NCBI GenBank assembly: GCA_963806225.1
Contig: CAWDXG010000001.1
Span: 1,248,001 to 1,312,000, forward strand
From: an uncultured delta proteobacterium
GTDB lineage: Bacteria; Myxococcota_A; Polyangia; Polyangiales; Polyangiaceae
Reading direction: 5' to 3'
Length of the DNA stretch: 64,000 bases
The notes beneath the pieces are model-generated. The model made no database searches, had not been told where the DNA came from, and saw only the letters and a program-made list of their open reading frames with translations. Shown piece by piece: positions 45,770 through 56,515 of the stretch; position 1 is the stretch's first letter; each line of letters opens with the position of its first letter. The translations under genes and the position numbers were made by a program.

Positions 45770-46643
45770 TACGGTCGCCGAGGAGTCTTTTGCGCTTGGA
45801 CCGGACGGTACCCGGCTCTACGTGCGTCATCGTGCGGGGCCGGCGGAGACGACTGCGATCCTCTGCGACGGTATCGTCTGCGATGGGTTCATCTACAAGT
45901 ACCTGTGGCAGGACCTCGGGCGCTCGCTGTCGGTCGCGCACTGGAACTACCGCGGACACGGACGCAGCGCTCGACCTGCAGACGACGAGCGCATCGGCGT
46001 GGAGGACCACGCCGCCGATCTGGACGCGGTTCGCCGCCACCTCGGCGATCCGCCCGCTGTACTGATCGGGCACTCCTTCGGCACCCAGGTGGCGCTCGAG
46101 GCCTACCGGCTCAGGCCCGAGCGTGTCCGGGCGATGGTGTTCCTGTGCGGCAGCTTCGGGCGAGTGACCCACACCTTCAAGGGAACCGACCTCCTGGCTG
46201 CGGTGCTGCCCCGGCTGACCGAGCTGGTCGGCGAGCACCCGAAGGTCGCACGGGCGCTCTGGTCCAGGGTGCCGCCCCGCGTCGCACTCAAGATCGCCCT
46301 GCTCACGGGGGACATCGATCCGCGGACTATCAATCCGGCGGATGTGGAGCCGTATTTCCGTCATGTTGCCGATGTGGATTTCATGATGTTCCTGCGCATG
46401 CTGACCCGGGCCGGCGAGCACACCGCCGAGGATCTCCTGCCCGGCATCGGCGTGCCGGTGCTCGTCATCGCGGGGGACCACGACTCGTTCACGCCGCCGG
46501 GTCTGTCCGAAAGCATGGCGGAGGCGATTCCCGGCGGTGAACTGGTGATGATCCCAGGTGGTACGCACGTTGCGCCGCTTGAACACCACGAGCTCGTCGC
46601 CATGCGCATCGAGAAATTCCTGCAGGTTCACGGAATTGGTTGA
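45759..46643 (+). CDS. Alpha/beta fold hydrolase; start uncertain
   Basis: YRGHGRS, GHSFG nucleophile elbow, GDHD acid, GTH His. Confidence 0.9.
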   Translation, partial: VAADTVAEESFALGPDGTRLYVRHRAGPAETTAILCDGIVCDGFIYKYLWQDLGRSLSVAHWNYRGHGRSARPADDERIGVEDHAADLDAVRRHLGDPPAVLIGHSFGTQVALEAYRLRPERVRAMVFLCGSFGRVTHTFKGTDLLAAVLPRLTELVGEHPKVARALWSRVPPRVALKIALLTGDIDPRTINPADVEPYFRHVADVDFMMFLRMLTRAGEHTAEDLLPGIGVPVLVIAGDHDSFTPPGLSESMAEAIPGGELVMIPGGTHVAPLEHHELVAMRIEKFLQVHGIG

Positions 46644-46685
46644 TACCCTTGCCACTCGCGCCGATTCCTGGGGAGGCATGAACCC

Positions 46686-47399
46686 GTGGCAGACGATCGA
46701 CTAGAACCGGGGCTGATCGGGGACCTTCTCGGTCTGATCGCCCACGATCTCAGGAATCCGTTGTCGGCGTTGCACAGCAACGTCAGCTTCCTCGATTCGG
46801 TGTTCGTCGACGCGGACGAGGACACGCGCGAAGCTCTCGCCGACGCGATCGTGTCCTGCGACGGACTGCTGCACATCATCGACAACCTGGACCTCCTCGC
46901 TCATGTCCTGCGCGGCGCGCAGCTGATGCCGTCGGGCCCGGTGCCGCTGGCTTCGGTCGTCGCCGAGGCGGCGTCGCGCGTGGCCGGCGCGGCGACGAGC
47001 CATGGTGTCGAGCTGGTCGTCGACCCGGGGCTGGAGTCGCTGGCCACCCGCGTCCAGGCCCATCGCGACATGCTCGGGCGCGCTCTCGGCAATCTGCTCC
47101 ACAACGCGATCCAACACGGCGGCGCCGCCGCGCCCGTGCGCGTCTCCGCCTGCGAAGAGGACGGGCGGGCGTACGTGCGGGTCGTCGACGGCGGCACTCC
47201 GCTCGCCGAGGAGCTCAGGGAGTCGGGCTTCAGCGCCGTCGGGCAGCTTTCGTCCAAAGGCTTGGGTGCCGGTCGCTATGGTCGCGGCATCGGCCTGTAC
47301 TCGGCCCGCGTGGCTGCCCACGCCGCGAGTGCGACGGTCAGGTGGTTCCAGCCGGATTCCGGCGGCAACGGCTTCGAGCTGTCGCTCGCCATCGCCTGA
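46686..47399 (+). CDS. Minimal cytoplasmic histidine kinase (HisKA + HATPase)
   Basis: AHDLRNPL H-box, NLLHNAI N-box, VVDGG, GRGIGL. Confidence 0.85.
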   Translation: MADDRLEPGLIGDLLGLIAHDLRNPLSALHSNVSFLDSVFVDADEDTREALADAIVSCDGLLHIIDNLDLLAHVLRGAQLMPSGPVPLASVVAEAASRVAGAATSHGVELVVDPGLESLATRVQAHRDMLGRALGNLLHNAIQHGGAAAPVRVSACEEDGRAYVRVVDGGTPLAEELRESGFSAVGQLSSKGLGAGRYGRGIGLYSARVAAHAASATVRWFQPDSGGNGFELSLAIA

Positions 47400-47417
47400 C
47401 GCCAGAGCACACCGCGG

Positions 47418-48599
47418 CTACGGCTGCAGGATCACCACGCTGTCCGGGTCGCGGAAGAGCACCTTGCCGGTTTCGCCCGGGCAGCCCCAGCAGCTGCTGA
47501 AGTGGGCGCGCGGGCGGATCGAGTCGCTGTACGCGAACGCCACCGGTCCCGCCTCGTCCTTCATGATGAAGCTCGATGCGAGCTTGTACCGATCCTTGCC
47601 GAGCACGTAGTAGGCGACGACGAACGACGTGGCCTTGCCCGAGCGGGCCGTCACCAGCAGGTACTCGGCGCCGGGCACCGGGTGCCAGATCAGCGGCAGC
47701 ACGGTGAAGTTGAAACCCATGGTGTCGCCGGGACCGCGCGCGACGACCGTGTGGGCGGCATCCGGCTCGCGGAAGAACTTCACGTTCTTTGCGACCCAGG
47801 CGGTGTGCGGGTCCGAAGCGAGCAGCTTCTGCAGACGCTCGACGCCCAGATGCGTCTTCTTGAAGACATCGCCGAGCTTCGGTTCCTTGACGGCCGCGGC
47901 GTTCGGCGCTCCCTTGCAGCAGCGGAAACCGAGGTCCTCGTCGCTCTTGTCCGGATCGACGGCGTGGCGGGCTGCGCAGCGATGAGCGGGGCCGGGTGCA
48001 GCAGCGGCCGCGCCGCGGACGGCTGCGCCGCTCGCTCCGCCCTTCACGGTCGGATTCACGTCGCTGGCCGTCCACTCGCGCAGCGCCGCGCCCATGGCCA
48101 CTACGTCGAAGCCCGAGGCGCAGCTGCGTGGCTGCTGGGCGCAGCGCGGATCCCAGAGCTTGCCGCTCGAGTAGTCGTCGCTCTCCGGTCCCTTGCAGGC
48201 TCGTTCCCACTCGAGCTCCGTGCACAGACGCGCTCCGCGCTTGGCGCACAGCTGCCGGGCCTGTTTGCGCGTGACGCCCGTCAGGGGCGGCTTCGACGGA
48301 TCGTTGGGGTAGGGGAGCCGATCGATCCGGTACGGCCCGAGCTCGACTTCATAGCGTCGGGGCTCGAGCTCGGGATGGCGCCCTTCCGAGCCCGGCACGC
48401 TGCCGGCCTTGAACGCGCCGCCCCTGATCTCGATCTGCTCGTCCGCGAGCGGGGCTTGCTTCGGTCGCCGCGCCGACGGCACGGCGGCCGCGGCGCTCGA
48501 CGCCGCGCCGCTGCCGGGCGCGCTGCGACGCGAGCTTTCGTGACAGCCGTCGAGCAGCACCAGGGCCACCAGGACGGCGATGCCGCGGGGTCGAGGCAC
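47418..48599 (-). CDS. SUMF1/FGE-sulfatase-domain lipoprotein
   Basis: Lipobox-like LDGC, IDRLPYPN, ARLCTELEWERAC, REW, LGFRCC. Confidence 0.82.
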   Translation of the reverse strand: MPRPRGIAVLVALVLLDGCHESSRRSAPGSGAASSAAAAVPSARRPKQAPLADEQIEIRGGAFKAGSVPGSEGRHPELEPRRYEVELGPYRIDRLPYPNDPSKPPLTGVTRKQARQLCAKRGARLCTELEWERACKGPESDDYSSGKLWDPRCAQQPRSCASGFDVVAMGAALREWTASDVNPTVKGGASGAAVRGAAAAAPGPAHRCAARHAVDPDKSDEDLGFRCCKGAPNAAAVKEPKLGDVFKKTHLGVERLQKLLASDPHTAWVAKNVKFFREPDAAHTVVARGPGDTMGFNFTVLPLIWHPVPGAEYLLVTARSGKATSFVVAYYVLGKDRYKLASSFIMKDEAGPVAFAYSDSIRPRAHFSSCWGCPGETGKVLFRDPDSVVILQP

Positions 48600-48793
48600 G
48601 GCGGGGAGACTGGCTTCTCCGGAGCCGCCGCGCAAGCGCTGCGCGATTCCGGCTTGTTGCCCGGACGTGCGCGTCGATGTAGACCACAAGTGGCCGGTCA
48701 TCCAGGCCGGCCCGCTCCCGGGGGGAACGCGGAGTTCGTCCTTTTCGACTACGACAGATGCTACATCCACTCGCGCGAACGCTTGCCCCTTTG

Positions 48794-49012
48794 ATGGATC
48801 TCGAGGTCGACGATCTGCGCTCGATCGTGGCGCGCTGGGTGCTGGAAGAGCACGACGAGAGCGAGCGCGCCCGCTACCGCTACTTCGGTGCCGAGCTGCG
48901 TGCGCTCAAGCACCGGATCCAACGGCGAGCCACACCGCCCAGCGAGGAAGAAATCGAGATCGCGCTGACCGCGCTGCTCGCGCTGGCCGGGCACCGCGTC
49001 GGACAAGGCTGA
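48794..49012 (+). CDS. Small hypothetical protein
   Basis: 72-aa helical ORF with typical codon use, filling the gap before the LarA-like gene. Confidence 0.55.
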   Translation: MDLEVDDLRSIVARWVLEEHDESERARYRYFGAELRALKHRIQRRATPPSEEEIEIALTALLALAGHRVGQG

Positions 49013-49046
49013 ACCGCGCGCGGGTCCGCGCCGGAACGAGGGTACG

Positions 49047-50241
49047 GTGGGCTCGAGCTTCGCGGAGCGCACTCATTGCCGCGGTCGATCCCGCGCGCCT
49101 GTCCCGCTATGCCCCGCGCGCCGTAGGCGCGGAAGCGGGCCCGCGGCTCGAGCTATGCCGCGACGCGCTCGCGCATCCGCTGGGCGCCCCGCTGCTCGGC
49201 GAGCTCACGCGGGCCGCGCGGCGCATCGCGATAGCGATAAGCGACGCTTCCCGCGACGAGCCCCGCGATGAGATGCTCACAGCGCTTCTCGAGCAGCTCC
49301 CCCGCGAGCGCGTCACGCTGGTCGTGGCGGCCGGCACGCATCGCGCGGACGCCGGCGTCGTACCGACTCGTTTCCGCGATCTGCCGTGCGTCGTGCATGA
49401 CGCGACCCGCGCCGATCGCTTTGTCGAGCTGGGCACCACGCGCGAGGGAACGACGGTCCGCATGCTACGGGAGATCTGCGAAGCGGATCTGGTCGTAGCG
49501 ACCGGGCGCATCCGCCCGCACTACTTTGCCGGCTACTCCGGCGGCGTGAAGAGCGTCTTCCCCGGTTGTGGTTTCCAGGCCGACATCCTTGAAAATCACC
49601 TGCTCAAGGCTGACCCCAGCGCGCGGCTCGGGCGTGTCGACGACAACCGCTGCCGTCTCGACATGGAGGAAGCTGCGCTGATGCTGCCCGGGCGACTTTC
49701 GATACTGGACGTGCTCGACGACTGCGACGGAAATCCCGTCGCGGCGGCGAGCGGGGATCCGATCCTCGCGCACCGCGCGCTGGCGCGGCAGGCGCGGGTG
49801 CTGTTCGTGGTCGAAGCGCCGCGCTCGGCCGTGGTGGTCGTCGCGGACCGGCCTCCGGTCACGCGCTCCCTCTACCAGGCTTCGAAGATGCTGCCTCCCG
49901 CGGGAGCTCTGCTCGAGCCGGGCGGGACGGTCATCATGCTGGCGGAGTGCGATCAGGGAATCGGGCCGCTCGAGCGCGTGAACGAGGGGATCTACCGGCT
50001 CGGCGTGTCGCGCCAGCTGCCGGAGGGCCACCGCGTGGTGCTGGTCAGCCGGCTGTCGCCCGACGTGGTCCGGGAGAGCTACGCAGAGCCGGCCGGGGAC
50101 TTCGGAGCGGCGCTCGAAGAGGCGCTCGACCGCGCCGGCGTCGCGTCGGCGGTGCTGCTCTGGCGCGCCGGCGAGTGCATCGCCGAGGCCAGCCCTGGCG
50201 GCGGGCGCGAAGCTGGAAATGCGCTAGTATCAGGCCGATGA
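49047..50241 (+). CDS. Lactate racemase (LarA) domain protein; start uncertain
   Basis: ISDASRD, AAGTHR, VVHD, G.T..GT, PHYFAGYSGGVKSVFPG, ENH, LYQASK. Confidence 0.85.
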
Positions 50242-50343
50242 CGCGCTGCGCCGGCCCGAGCCGCGCGCAGCCGTCGCATGAGATGCCTTGTCCGGCCGTG
50301 AGGCGCTGGCTAGGTTGTGCGCCCCAGCCCCCGGGAGACCTGC

Positions 50344-52325
50344 ATGAGCGACGAGCGTGTCCGGATCCAGGGAAGGATCCTCTATCTGACGGAAGACATG
50401 GAGCTGCTGAGACGGCAGCTCGAGGGGGAGGACCTGGCCTACGACCCGGAGCGGAAGCTCATCGACAACATCTCGACCGACGAGATAACGCCAGGTTGGG
50501 TCTGCTACTACTTCGACGAGACGCTGGCCCGCTATTCGCTGGTCGGGTTGCGCGGCGGCGTGGTGCAGAAGGACGCGATCAAGGACGGCGGCTTCGGCGT
50601 CATCGTCAGCGGTCGCAGCAAGGGCTGCGGCAGCTCGCGCGAGACGGCGCCGTACTCCGAGCTCAAGGCCGGCGTGCAGCTGGTTATCGCCGAGAGCATC
50701 GAGAAGATCTACGGGCAGAACTGCCAGAACATCGGCCTGCTCACCTCGACCGACTTCTCGCTCATCGATCGCATCCAGCGCGGCGAGGAGATCCCGATCA
50801 GCGAGTTCACGAAGGGGCTCGACCCGATCAGCTCGCCAGATCGTCGAGTGCGGCGGCCTGTTCGACTACAACAAGAAGCGCATGGCGGGCGAGATCGCTC
50901 CGCCCACGCCGTCCACGCCAGCGCGTCCGATGACGCTGTGCGAGAAGATCATCGCCGCGCGCGCCATCGCCGACGCGAAGACCGGCAAGCTCGGCGTACC
51001 CGGCGTGAAGCCAGGTGACGCGCTGTTCGTGCGCACCGACGTGCGTTTCAGCCACGAATACGTCACGCCGATGGCCGACTCGCTGTTCCGCCAGGGCTTC
51101 GGCGAGGACGTGGAGGTCACCGAGCCGGACAGCGTGTTCGCCTTCCGCGATCACCTGACCTTCCTCGATCTGGTGATGCCCGAGCAGCACAAGAAGATGG
51201 GGCTGCGCGAGCAGGCCGCTTCGCTCAAGACGGTTCAGGAGAGCTTCAGCAAGCGGCACGGCATCAAGCTCTACGGCGAGGTCGAACGCGCGGGTCACAC
51301 CGTGGGCAGCGAGGCCATCTGTCACAACAAGGTGATCGAGGAGCTGGCGCTGCCCGGGCAGATCGTCACTGGCACGGACTCGCACACCTGCATGGCCGGC
51401 GCGCTCGGCTGCTTCGCCTTCGGGGTCGGCAGCACCGACATGGCGAATGCCTGGTTCACGCGGGACGTGCGCGTGAAGGTGCCGGAGACGGTGCGCTTCG
51501 TGCTGCGCGGTGAGCTCAGACCGGGCGTGTGCGCGAAGGACGTGATGCTGCACATCCTGAGCCTCGACCACTTCAAGAGCGGGCGCGGCATCGGCCAGGT
51601 GCTGGAGTTCGCGGGCGAAGGTATCCGCACGCTGCCGCTGGACGAACGCGCGACTCTCACGAACATGGCGGTCGAGGCCGGCAGCTTCACGGGCATCATC
51701 GAGGCCGACGACGTCGTCGTCGACTACCTGGTGAAAAACCGCGGTCTGGACGCCGACGACGTGCGGAAGCGCATCGTGCGCGCCGACGAAGGGGCCGCAG
51801 TACGCGGCCACCTACTCCGTCGACCTGTCGACCATCCCCGCCATGGTGGCCACTCCGGGTGACCCGCGGAACGGGATCCCGCTGTCGGAGCTCGAGCGGA
51901 AGCAGGGCGGCGAGGTGAAGATCAACATCGCCTACGGCGGCTCGTGCACCGGCGGCAAGAAGGCCGACATGGACATGTACGCCGCGGTCCTGAAGCGCGC
52001 GCTCGAGCAGGACAAGCGGGTTGCCGAGGGCGTACAGCTGTTCATCCAGTTCGGCTCACAGCAGATCCGCAAGTATGCCGAGGAGCGCGGCTACATCGAC
52101 GTGTTCGAGCGCGCCGGCGCGCAGCTGGTCGATCCCTCCTGCGGCGCCTGCATCCGTGCGGGGCCAGGGGTGTCGTTCTCCACCGATGAAGTGACGGTGA
52201 GCGCCATCAACCGCAACTTCCCGGGGCGTAGCGGTCCGGGGAAGGTGTATCTGGCGAGCCCGCTGGTGGTCGCGGCCAGCGCCATCTTCGGCCACATCGT
52301 CGGCCCGGACGCGCTCCAGGATTGA
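50344..52325 (+). CDS. Aconitase-family hydratase, fused small (swivel) + large subunit (frameshifts near 50840 and 51800)
   Basis: DNISTDEI, GCGSSRE (LeuD-like), then MTLCEKI, FRDH, GTDSHTC, GSCTGG, SCGAC, NRNFPGR, LASP (LeuC-like). Confidence 0.9.
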
Positions 52326-52330
52326 CGGGC

Positions 52331-52915
52331 ATGCCCAGCGCTCGGTCGTTCCAGGTTGGACCGGACACGCGGGTCGGTGTCCGCTACAGCGTGTTCGACG
52401 CCGAGGGCGACCTGGTCGAAACGTCCACCCTGGAGGCCGTGTTCGGATATGGCGAGCTTCTGCCAGCGGCGGAACAGGCCATCCAGGGACTCCGGGTAGG
52501 CGAGCGAAGGAGCCTGGAGCTCGGTCCGGAGCAGGCCTACGGTCGCCGCGATCAGCAGGCCATCATCGAAGTGGACCGCGAGGATTTCCCGCCCGATGTG
52601 GCTCCCGGGGATCGTTTCGAGGCAGAAAGTGCCGGTGGCGGGGTCGTCATGCTGCACGTACTGGAGGTGCTCGACGACGCGGTGGTTCTCGATACGAACC
52701 ATCCACTTGCCGGGCAGAAAGTGCGTATCGAGCTCGAGATCACCAGTGTTCGCCCGGCGACGGCGGAGGAAATCGAGGAGGCGGTCCGCCGGCTCGAACG
52801 ACGGCAGAGCGGCGACCAGGCGCCGGACCCGGAGCTTGTGCCGCCTGGGCGCTTGCTTCAGGGCCCTTCCAGGCGCTACGAGAGCGACCCGCCTGGATCG
52901 GGCAAGGTTGCGTGA
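52331..52915 (+). CDS. slyD: FKBP-type peptidyl-prolyl isomerase SlyD-like
   Basis: PEQAYG, LDTNHPLAG, VRPATAEEI; lacks the His-rich tail. Confidence 0.85.
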   Translation: MPSARSFQVGPDTRVGVRYSVFDAEGDLVETSTLEAVFGYGELLPAAEQAIQGLRVGERRSLELGPEQAYGRRDQQAIIEVDREDFPPDVAPGDRFEAESAGGGVVMLHVLEVLDDAVVLDTNHPLAGQKVRIELEITSVRPATAEEIEEAVRRLERRQSGDQAPDPELVPPGRLLQGPSRRYESDPPGSGKVA

Positions 52916-52988
52916 GACGTGAAGCCCGGCACCGGCATCCCGCGAGGGACACCCGGGACGAGGGAACGCCCCAGGGAGAATAGACAAG

Positions 52989-53498
52989 ATGAGTGATCCG
53001 GAAGTGTTCAAGTACGATGTGAGGGTTCGCGAGCGGATGCTGCACAAGGGCATGGTCAGCGAGGCCGAGGTGAAGAAGCACCTCGACGCGCTGCCGGACC
53101 TGGAGGCAGACAGCGACCTCGTGACAATGCAGCAGCCCGCACTCGGGCACCCCGAGCAGCCCGTCGCGGCCGCGGAACCCCCGGCCCCGCCCGCCGAGCC
53201 CGTGGCATGGACGCCGGCGCCGGCAGCGGCCCCCAGGCCCGCGGCAGCGCCCGAACCCGCGGCGCGTGAACCCGTGCCCGCGGTAGCAGCAGCGCCGGAG
53301 CCCGCGGCGGCAGCGCCGGAGCCCGCGGCGGCAGCGCCGGAGCCCGCGGCGGCAGCGCCGGAGCCCGCGGCGGCAGCGCCGGAGCCCGCGGTGGCAGCGC
53401 CGGAGCCCGCGGCGGCAGCGCCGGAGCCCGCGGCGGCAGCGCCGGAGCCCGCGGCGGCAGCGCCCGACCCCGTCGATGACGAGGGGTGGGGGTCATGA
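52989..53498 (+). CDS. Hypothetical protein with (PEPAAAA)n tail
   Basis: GGGAG RBS; N-terminal DVRVRER...LPDL domain followed by a repeat tail. Confidence 0.75.
   Translation: MSDPEVFKYDVRVRERMLHKGMVSEAEVKKHLDALPDLEADSDLVTMQQPALGHPEQPVAAAEPPAPPAEPVAWTPAPAAAPRPAAAPEPAAREPVPAVAAAPEPAAAAPEPAAAAPEPAAAAPEPAAAAPEPAVAAPEPAAAAPEPAAAAPEPAAAAPDPVDDEGWGS
53289..53465 (+). repeat. 21-bp coding tandem repeat, 8 copies plus a partial copy
   Basis: GCAGCGCCGGAGCCCGCGGCG units with a single substitution in copy 5. Confidence 0.95.
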
Positions 53499-53851
53499 CC
53501 GGCAACGGCGACAGCGGGCCGGACGCTGCGGAGCTCGAAGCGAGCGAGGCAGCGTTCGAGAAGGCCAAGGAGGCGGCGGAGCGGGCTGGGGGGCAAGACC
53601 TCCCCGCCATCGACTTCTCCACCTTCGTGCTGTCGCTGAGCCATTCCGCGCTAGTGCATCTGGGCGATGCACCGGACCCGTCGGGGGGCACGGCCGGGAA
53701 GAACCTGCCTCTGGCCCGCCAGACGATCGACCTTCTGGCCCTGCTCCAGGACAAGACCCGGGGCAATCTCGACGGCCAGGAGGAGCACATCCTGGACCAG
53801 GCGCTGTACGATCTCAGAATGCGCTTCGTGGAGGTCTCGAAAGGCCAGTGA
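53495..53851 (+). CDS. DUF1844 domain protein
   Basis: IDFSTFVLSL...LARQTIDLL..LQDKTRGNL..EE...LYDLRMRFV. Confidence 0.85.
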   Translation: MTGNGDSGPDAAELEASEAAFEKAKEAAERAGGQDLPAIDFSTFVLSLSHSALVHLGDAPDPSGGTAGKNLPLARQTIDLLALLQDKTRGNLDGQEEHILDQALYDLRMRFVEVSKGQ

Positions 53852-54987
53852 AGGCAGGTCTCGCGCTCGCGCTCCTGGCGCTTGTGCCAGTCGGCTGCAA
53901 GCACAGCGGGGGCACGGCCTCGCTGCCGTCCGGCGCCGTACCGGTGGCATCGGTGCCTGCCCCGACGGCAGCGCCGCCTGTCGGGGTGACTCCCGGGGTC
54001 AACGCGCCGGCGAGCTTCGCGAACCTCGCCGCGAAAGCGGATTCGGCCGTCGTCTTCGTCAAGACGTTGCAGGAACAGACCGGCCGCACCGGCCGGCGTC
54101 GCATCGTCGGCGAGGGTCTGGGCAGCGCCTTCGTCTACGACAAATCGGGCCTGATCCTCACGAACAACCACGTCATCGAGGATGCCAGCGAGATCCACGT
54201 GGTCTTCGGCAAGGTCAAGGAGATGAAGGCCACGGTGGTGGGCGCGGATCCTCCGTCGGATGTGGCGGTGCTCCGGGTCGACGCGAAGAACCTCTCGTAT
54301 CTGCCGCTAGGAGACTCGGACAAGATGCGCGTGGGGGACTGGGTGGTCGCCATCGGCAACCCCTTCGGGCTTTCCCACACCGTCTCGGCCGGCATCGTTT
54401 CCGCGAAAGGGCGCACCGGGCAGGACGTGCGCGGCCTCGGCGACGGGACCGGCTACTACAACTTCCTGCAGACCGACGCGAGCATCAATCCCGGCAACTC
54501 GGGCGGCCCGCTGCTGGACATGTCCGGGCGCGTCATCGGCATCAACACCGCCATCCGGGCGCGCGCGAACAACATCGGATTCGCGATCCCGATCAACATG
54601 GTCAAGGAGCTGGTGCCGCGGCTGATCAAGGACGGGAAGATCCGCCGCAGCGCGATCGGCATCCGGGTGTCGTCGGTGGTGCCGGAGGACGTGAAGCGGC
54701 TCGGGCTGAAGGACCAGTCCGGTGCCCTCGTTCGCTACGTGAAGCCAGGCAGCCCGGCGGACTCGGCGGGGCTCAAGGTCGACGACGTGATCGTCGGCTT
54801 CGACGGGGATGTGATGCCCGGCCCGGAGAAGCTGCGCTGGGTGGCGAGCCTGGCCGGGGTGGGCAAACCGGCCACGGTCCGGGTCATCCGCGGCAAGCGG
54901 ACGTTCGACCTGAAGCTGAAGCTGGGCGAGCTCCCGGCCCATCCAGCGCCTGCCGAACATGATGATAATCCCTTTGGATTTCCGTAA
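53848..54987 (+). CDS. HtrA/DegP-like serine protease lipoprotein (one PDZ)
   Basis: TNNHV, DVAVL, QTDASINPGNSGGP, C-terminal PDZ; lipobox-like PVGC. Confidence 0.93.
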   Translation: MKAGLALALLALVPVGCKHSGGTASLPSGAVPVASVPAPTAAPPVGVTPGVNAPASFANLAAKADSAVVFVKTLQEQTGRTGRRRIVGEGLGSAFVYDKSGLILTNNHVIEDASEIHVVFGKVKEMKATVVGADPPSDVAVLRVDAKNLSYLPLGDSDKMRVGDWVVAIGNPFGLSHTVSAGIVSAKGRTGQDVRGLGDGTGYYNFLQTDASINPGNSGGPLLDMSGRVIGINTAIRARANNIGFAIPINMVKELVPRLIKDGKIRRSAIGIRVSSVVPEDVKRLGLKDQSGALVRYVKPGSPADSAGLKVDDVIVGFDGDVMPGPEKLRWVASLAGVGKPATVRVIRGKRTFDLKLKLGELPAHPAPAEHDDNPFGFP

Positions 54988-55196
54988 GTTGACGCTCTGG
55001 CTTCATTCCGGCTGGGGATCGCAGGGCGATTTTAGGCGTACACTATGGGGTGATGCCCTCGCCCGAGTCCCGCTGCGACCCTGCGGCCGCCAGCGACCGG
55101 GAGTCCTCGCCCCGGGTCGTCCAGACCCCCGCGGCAACGCCGGATAACGGCCGAACGGCCGGGGAACGAGCGACAAGTGGGCCTGATCGCGCTGTC

Positions 55197-55871
55197 ATGG
55201 GGGTGAATAGCAGCGCCACGCGGGCGTCCAACCGGAAGGCTCGAAAGGCCGAAGCGGAGCAGGATCGTGCCCTCATCGAACAAGCCCGGAACGGCGACCG
55301 GAAGGCATTCCGGCAGCTCGTGGAGCGCCACCAGCGCAGGGCGTTCGCTATCGCCTTGGGGCTGGTGCGCGACGAGAACGACGCCCGCGACATCGTCCAG
55401 GAGGCCTTCCTCCGCGTCTACCGCGGTCTGGATTCCTTCCACGGCGGCTCGAGCTTCTTCACCTGGCTCTACCGTATTGTCACGAACCTCTCGATCGACC
55501 TCATGCGCAAGCCGTCGCGCCGCGAGTCCGCGCTGGACGAGACGCGGGAGCTCGACGAGACGAACATTCCGCTGCTCGCGCGCATCGACGGTGCCGATCC
55601 TGTCGACGCAGTCCGCCGCCGGCAGATCTCCGAGCGCATCCAGGCTTCGCTCGAGGCGCTGCCGCCCTATCATCGGGGGGTCATCCTGATGCGCGAGATC
55701 GAAGGCATGAGCTACGAGGAAATGGCCACCGCCATGGGCGTTTCCAAGGGAACGATCATGAGCCGCTTGTTCCACGCCCGACAGAAGCTGCAGCGGGCGC
55801 TCGCCGACTGCTACGAAGAGCAGCTGGGCCCACTGCCGGCCAAGTCGAGCCGGAAGCGAGGTCGCGGATGA
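55197..55871 (+). CDS. ECF sigma-70 factor; start may be as far upstream as 55050
   Basis: DARDIVQEAF, FFTWLYRIVTN, GMSYEEMA..MGVSKGTIMSRLFHAR. Confidence 0.93.
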   Translation: MGVNSSATRASNRKARKAEAEQDRALIEQARNGDRKAFRQLVERHQRRAFAIALGLVRDENDARDIVQEAFLRVYRGLDSFHGGSSFFTWLYRIVTNLSIDLMRKPSRRESALDETRELDETNIPLLARIDGADPVDAVRRRQISERIQASLEALPPYHRGVILMREIEGMSYEEMATAMGVSKGTIMSRLFHARQKLQRALADCYEEQLGPLPAKSSRKRGRG

Positions 55872-56515
55872 GCGCGCCGACCGACGACCGCTTGATGCGG
55901 CTCTACGACGACGAGCTCGGCGCGGACGAGGCAGCTCGGCTTGAACAGCGCATTGTCGACGACCCCGAAAGCGCGGCCGTGCTGCGCGGCCTGCAGCAGG
56001 TCGGCAGCCTGTTGCGCGAGGCGGCCGCGGAGCAGGGAGCCGCCGCGGACGACATTGCGGTTCGCGTGATGGCGTGCATCGACGCGGAGGAGTCCACATC
56101 CGGTGGAGCGCCGTTGGAGGCGCCGGACAACCCCAGCAGCAGCGGGGAGTCGAATGTGACGCCTCTGCCGCGCCGCTGGCGGCACGCGGTGCCGGCTTTA
56201 GCGGGGGTGCTGGCTCTGGCCGCCGCGGCCGTGCTGGTCTTCCGCTCCGGTGCTGTGTCGCATCACCCGGCGGGGTCCACCCAAGCCAGCACCCAGGCGA
56301 TGCAGCCGCAAGAGGTCCAGAAGCCTGCGTCGCCCGCCCCGGCCGCCGCCCATCCGGTTGTGGCCGATAGCTCCCCGCCGGTGGCCATAGAGACGGTCGA
56401 CTTCGGCTCGCATGATGGGGCAATCTTCATGGTGTCGGCCGGGCAGGGTTCGACCCCGGTCGTCTGGCTGACGGATGAACCCGCCGTTCACGGCGGTAGG
56501 ACAAAACCGCTATGA
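55868..56515 (+). CDS. Putative membrane-anchored anti-sigma factor
   Basis: Overlaps the sigma stop; YDDEL anti-sigma-like N-terminus, one TM, C-terminal TPVVWL. Confidence 0.75.
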   Translation: MSAPTDDRLMRLYDDELGADEAARLEQRIVDDPESAAVLRGLQQVGSLLREAAAEQGAAADDIAVRVMACIDAEESTSGGAPLEAPDNPSSSGESNVTPLPRRWRHAVPALAGVLALAAAAVLVFRSGAVSHHPAGSTQASTQAMQPQEVQKPASPAPAAAHPVVADSSPPVAIETVDFGSHDGAIFMVSAGQGSTPVVWLTDEPAVHGGRTKPL

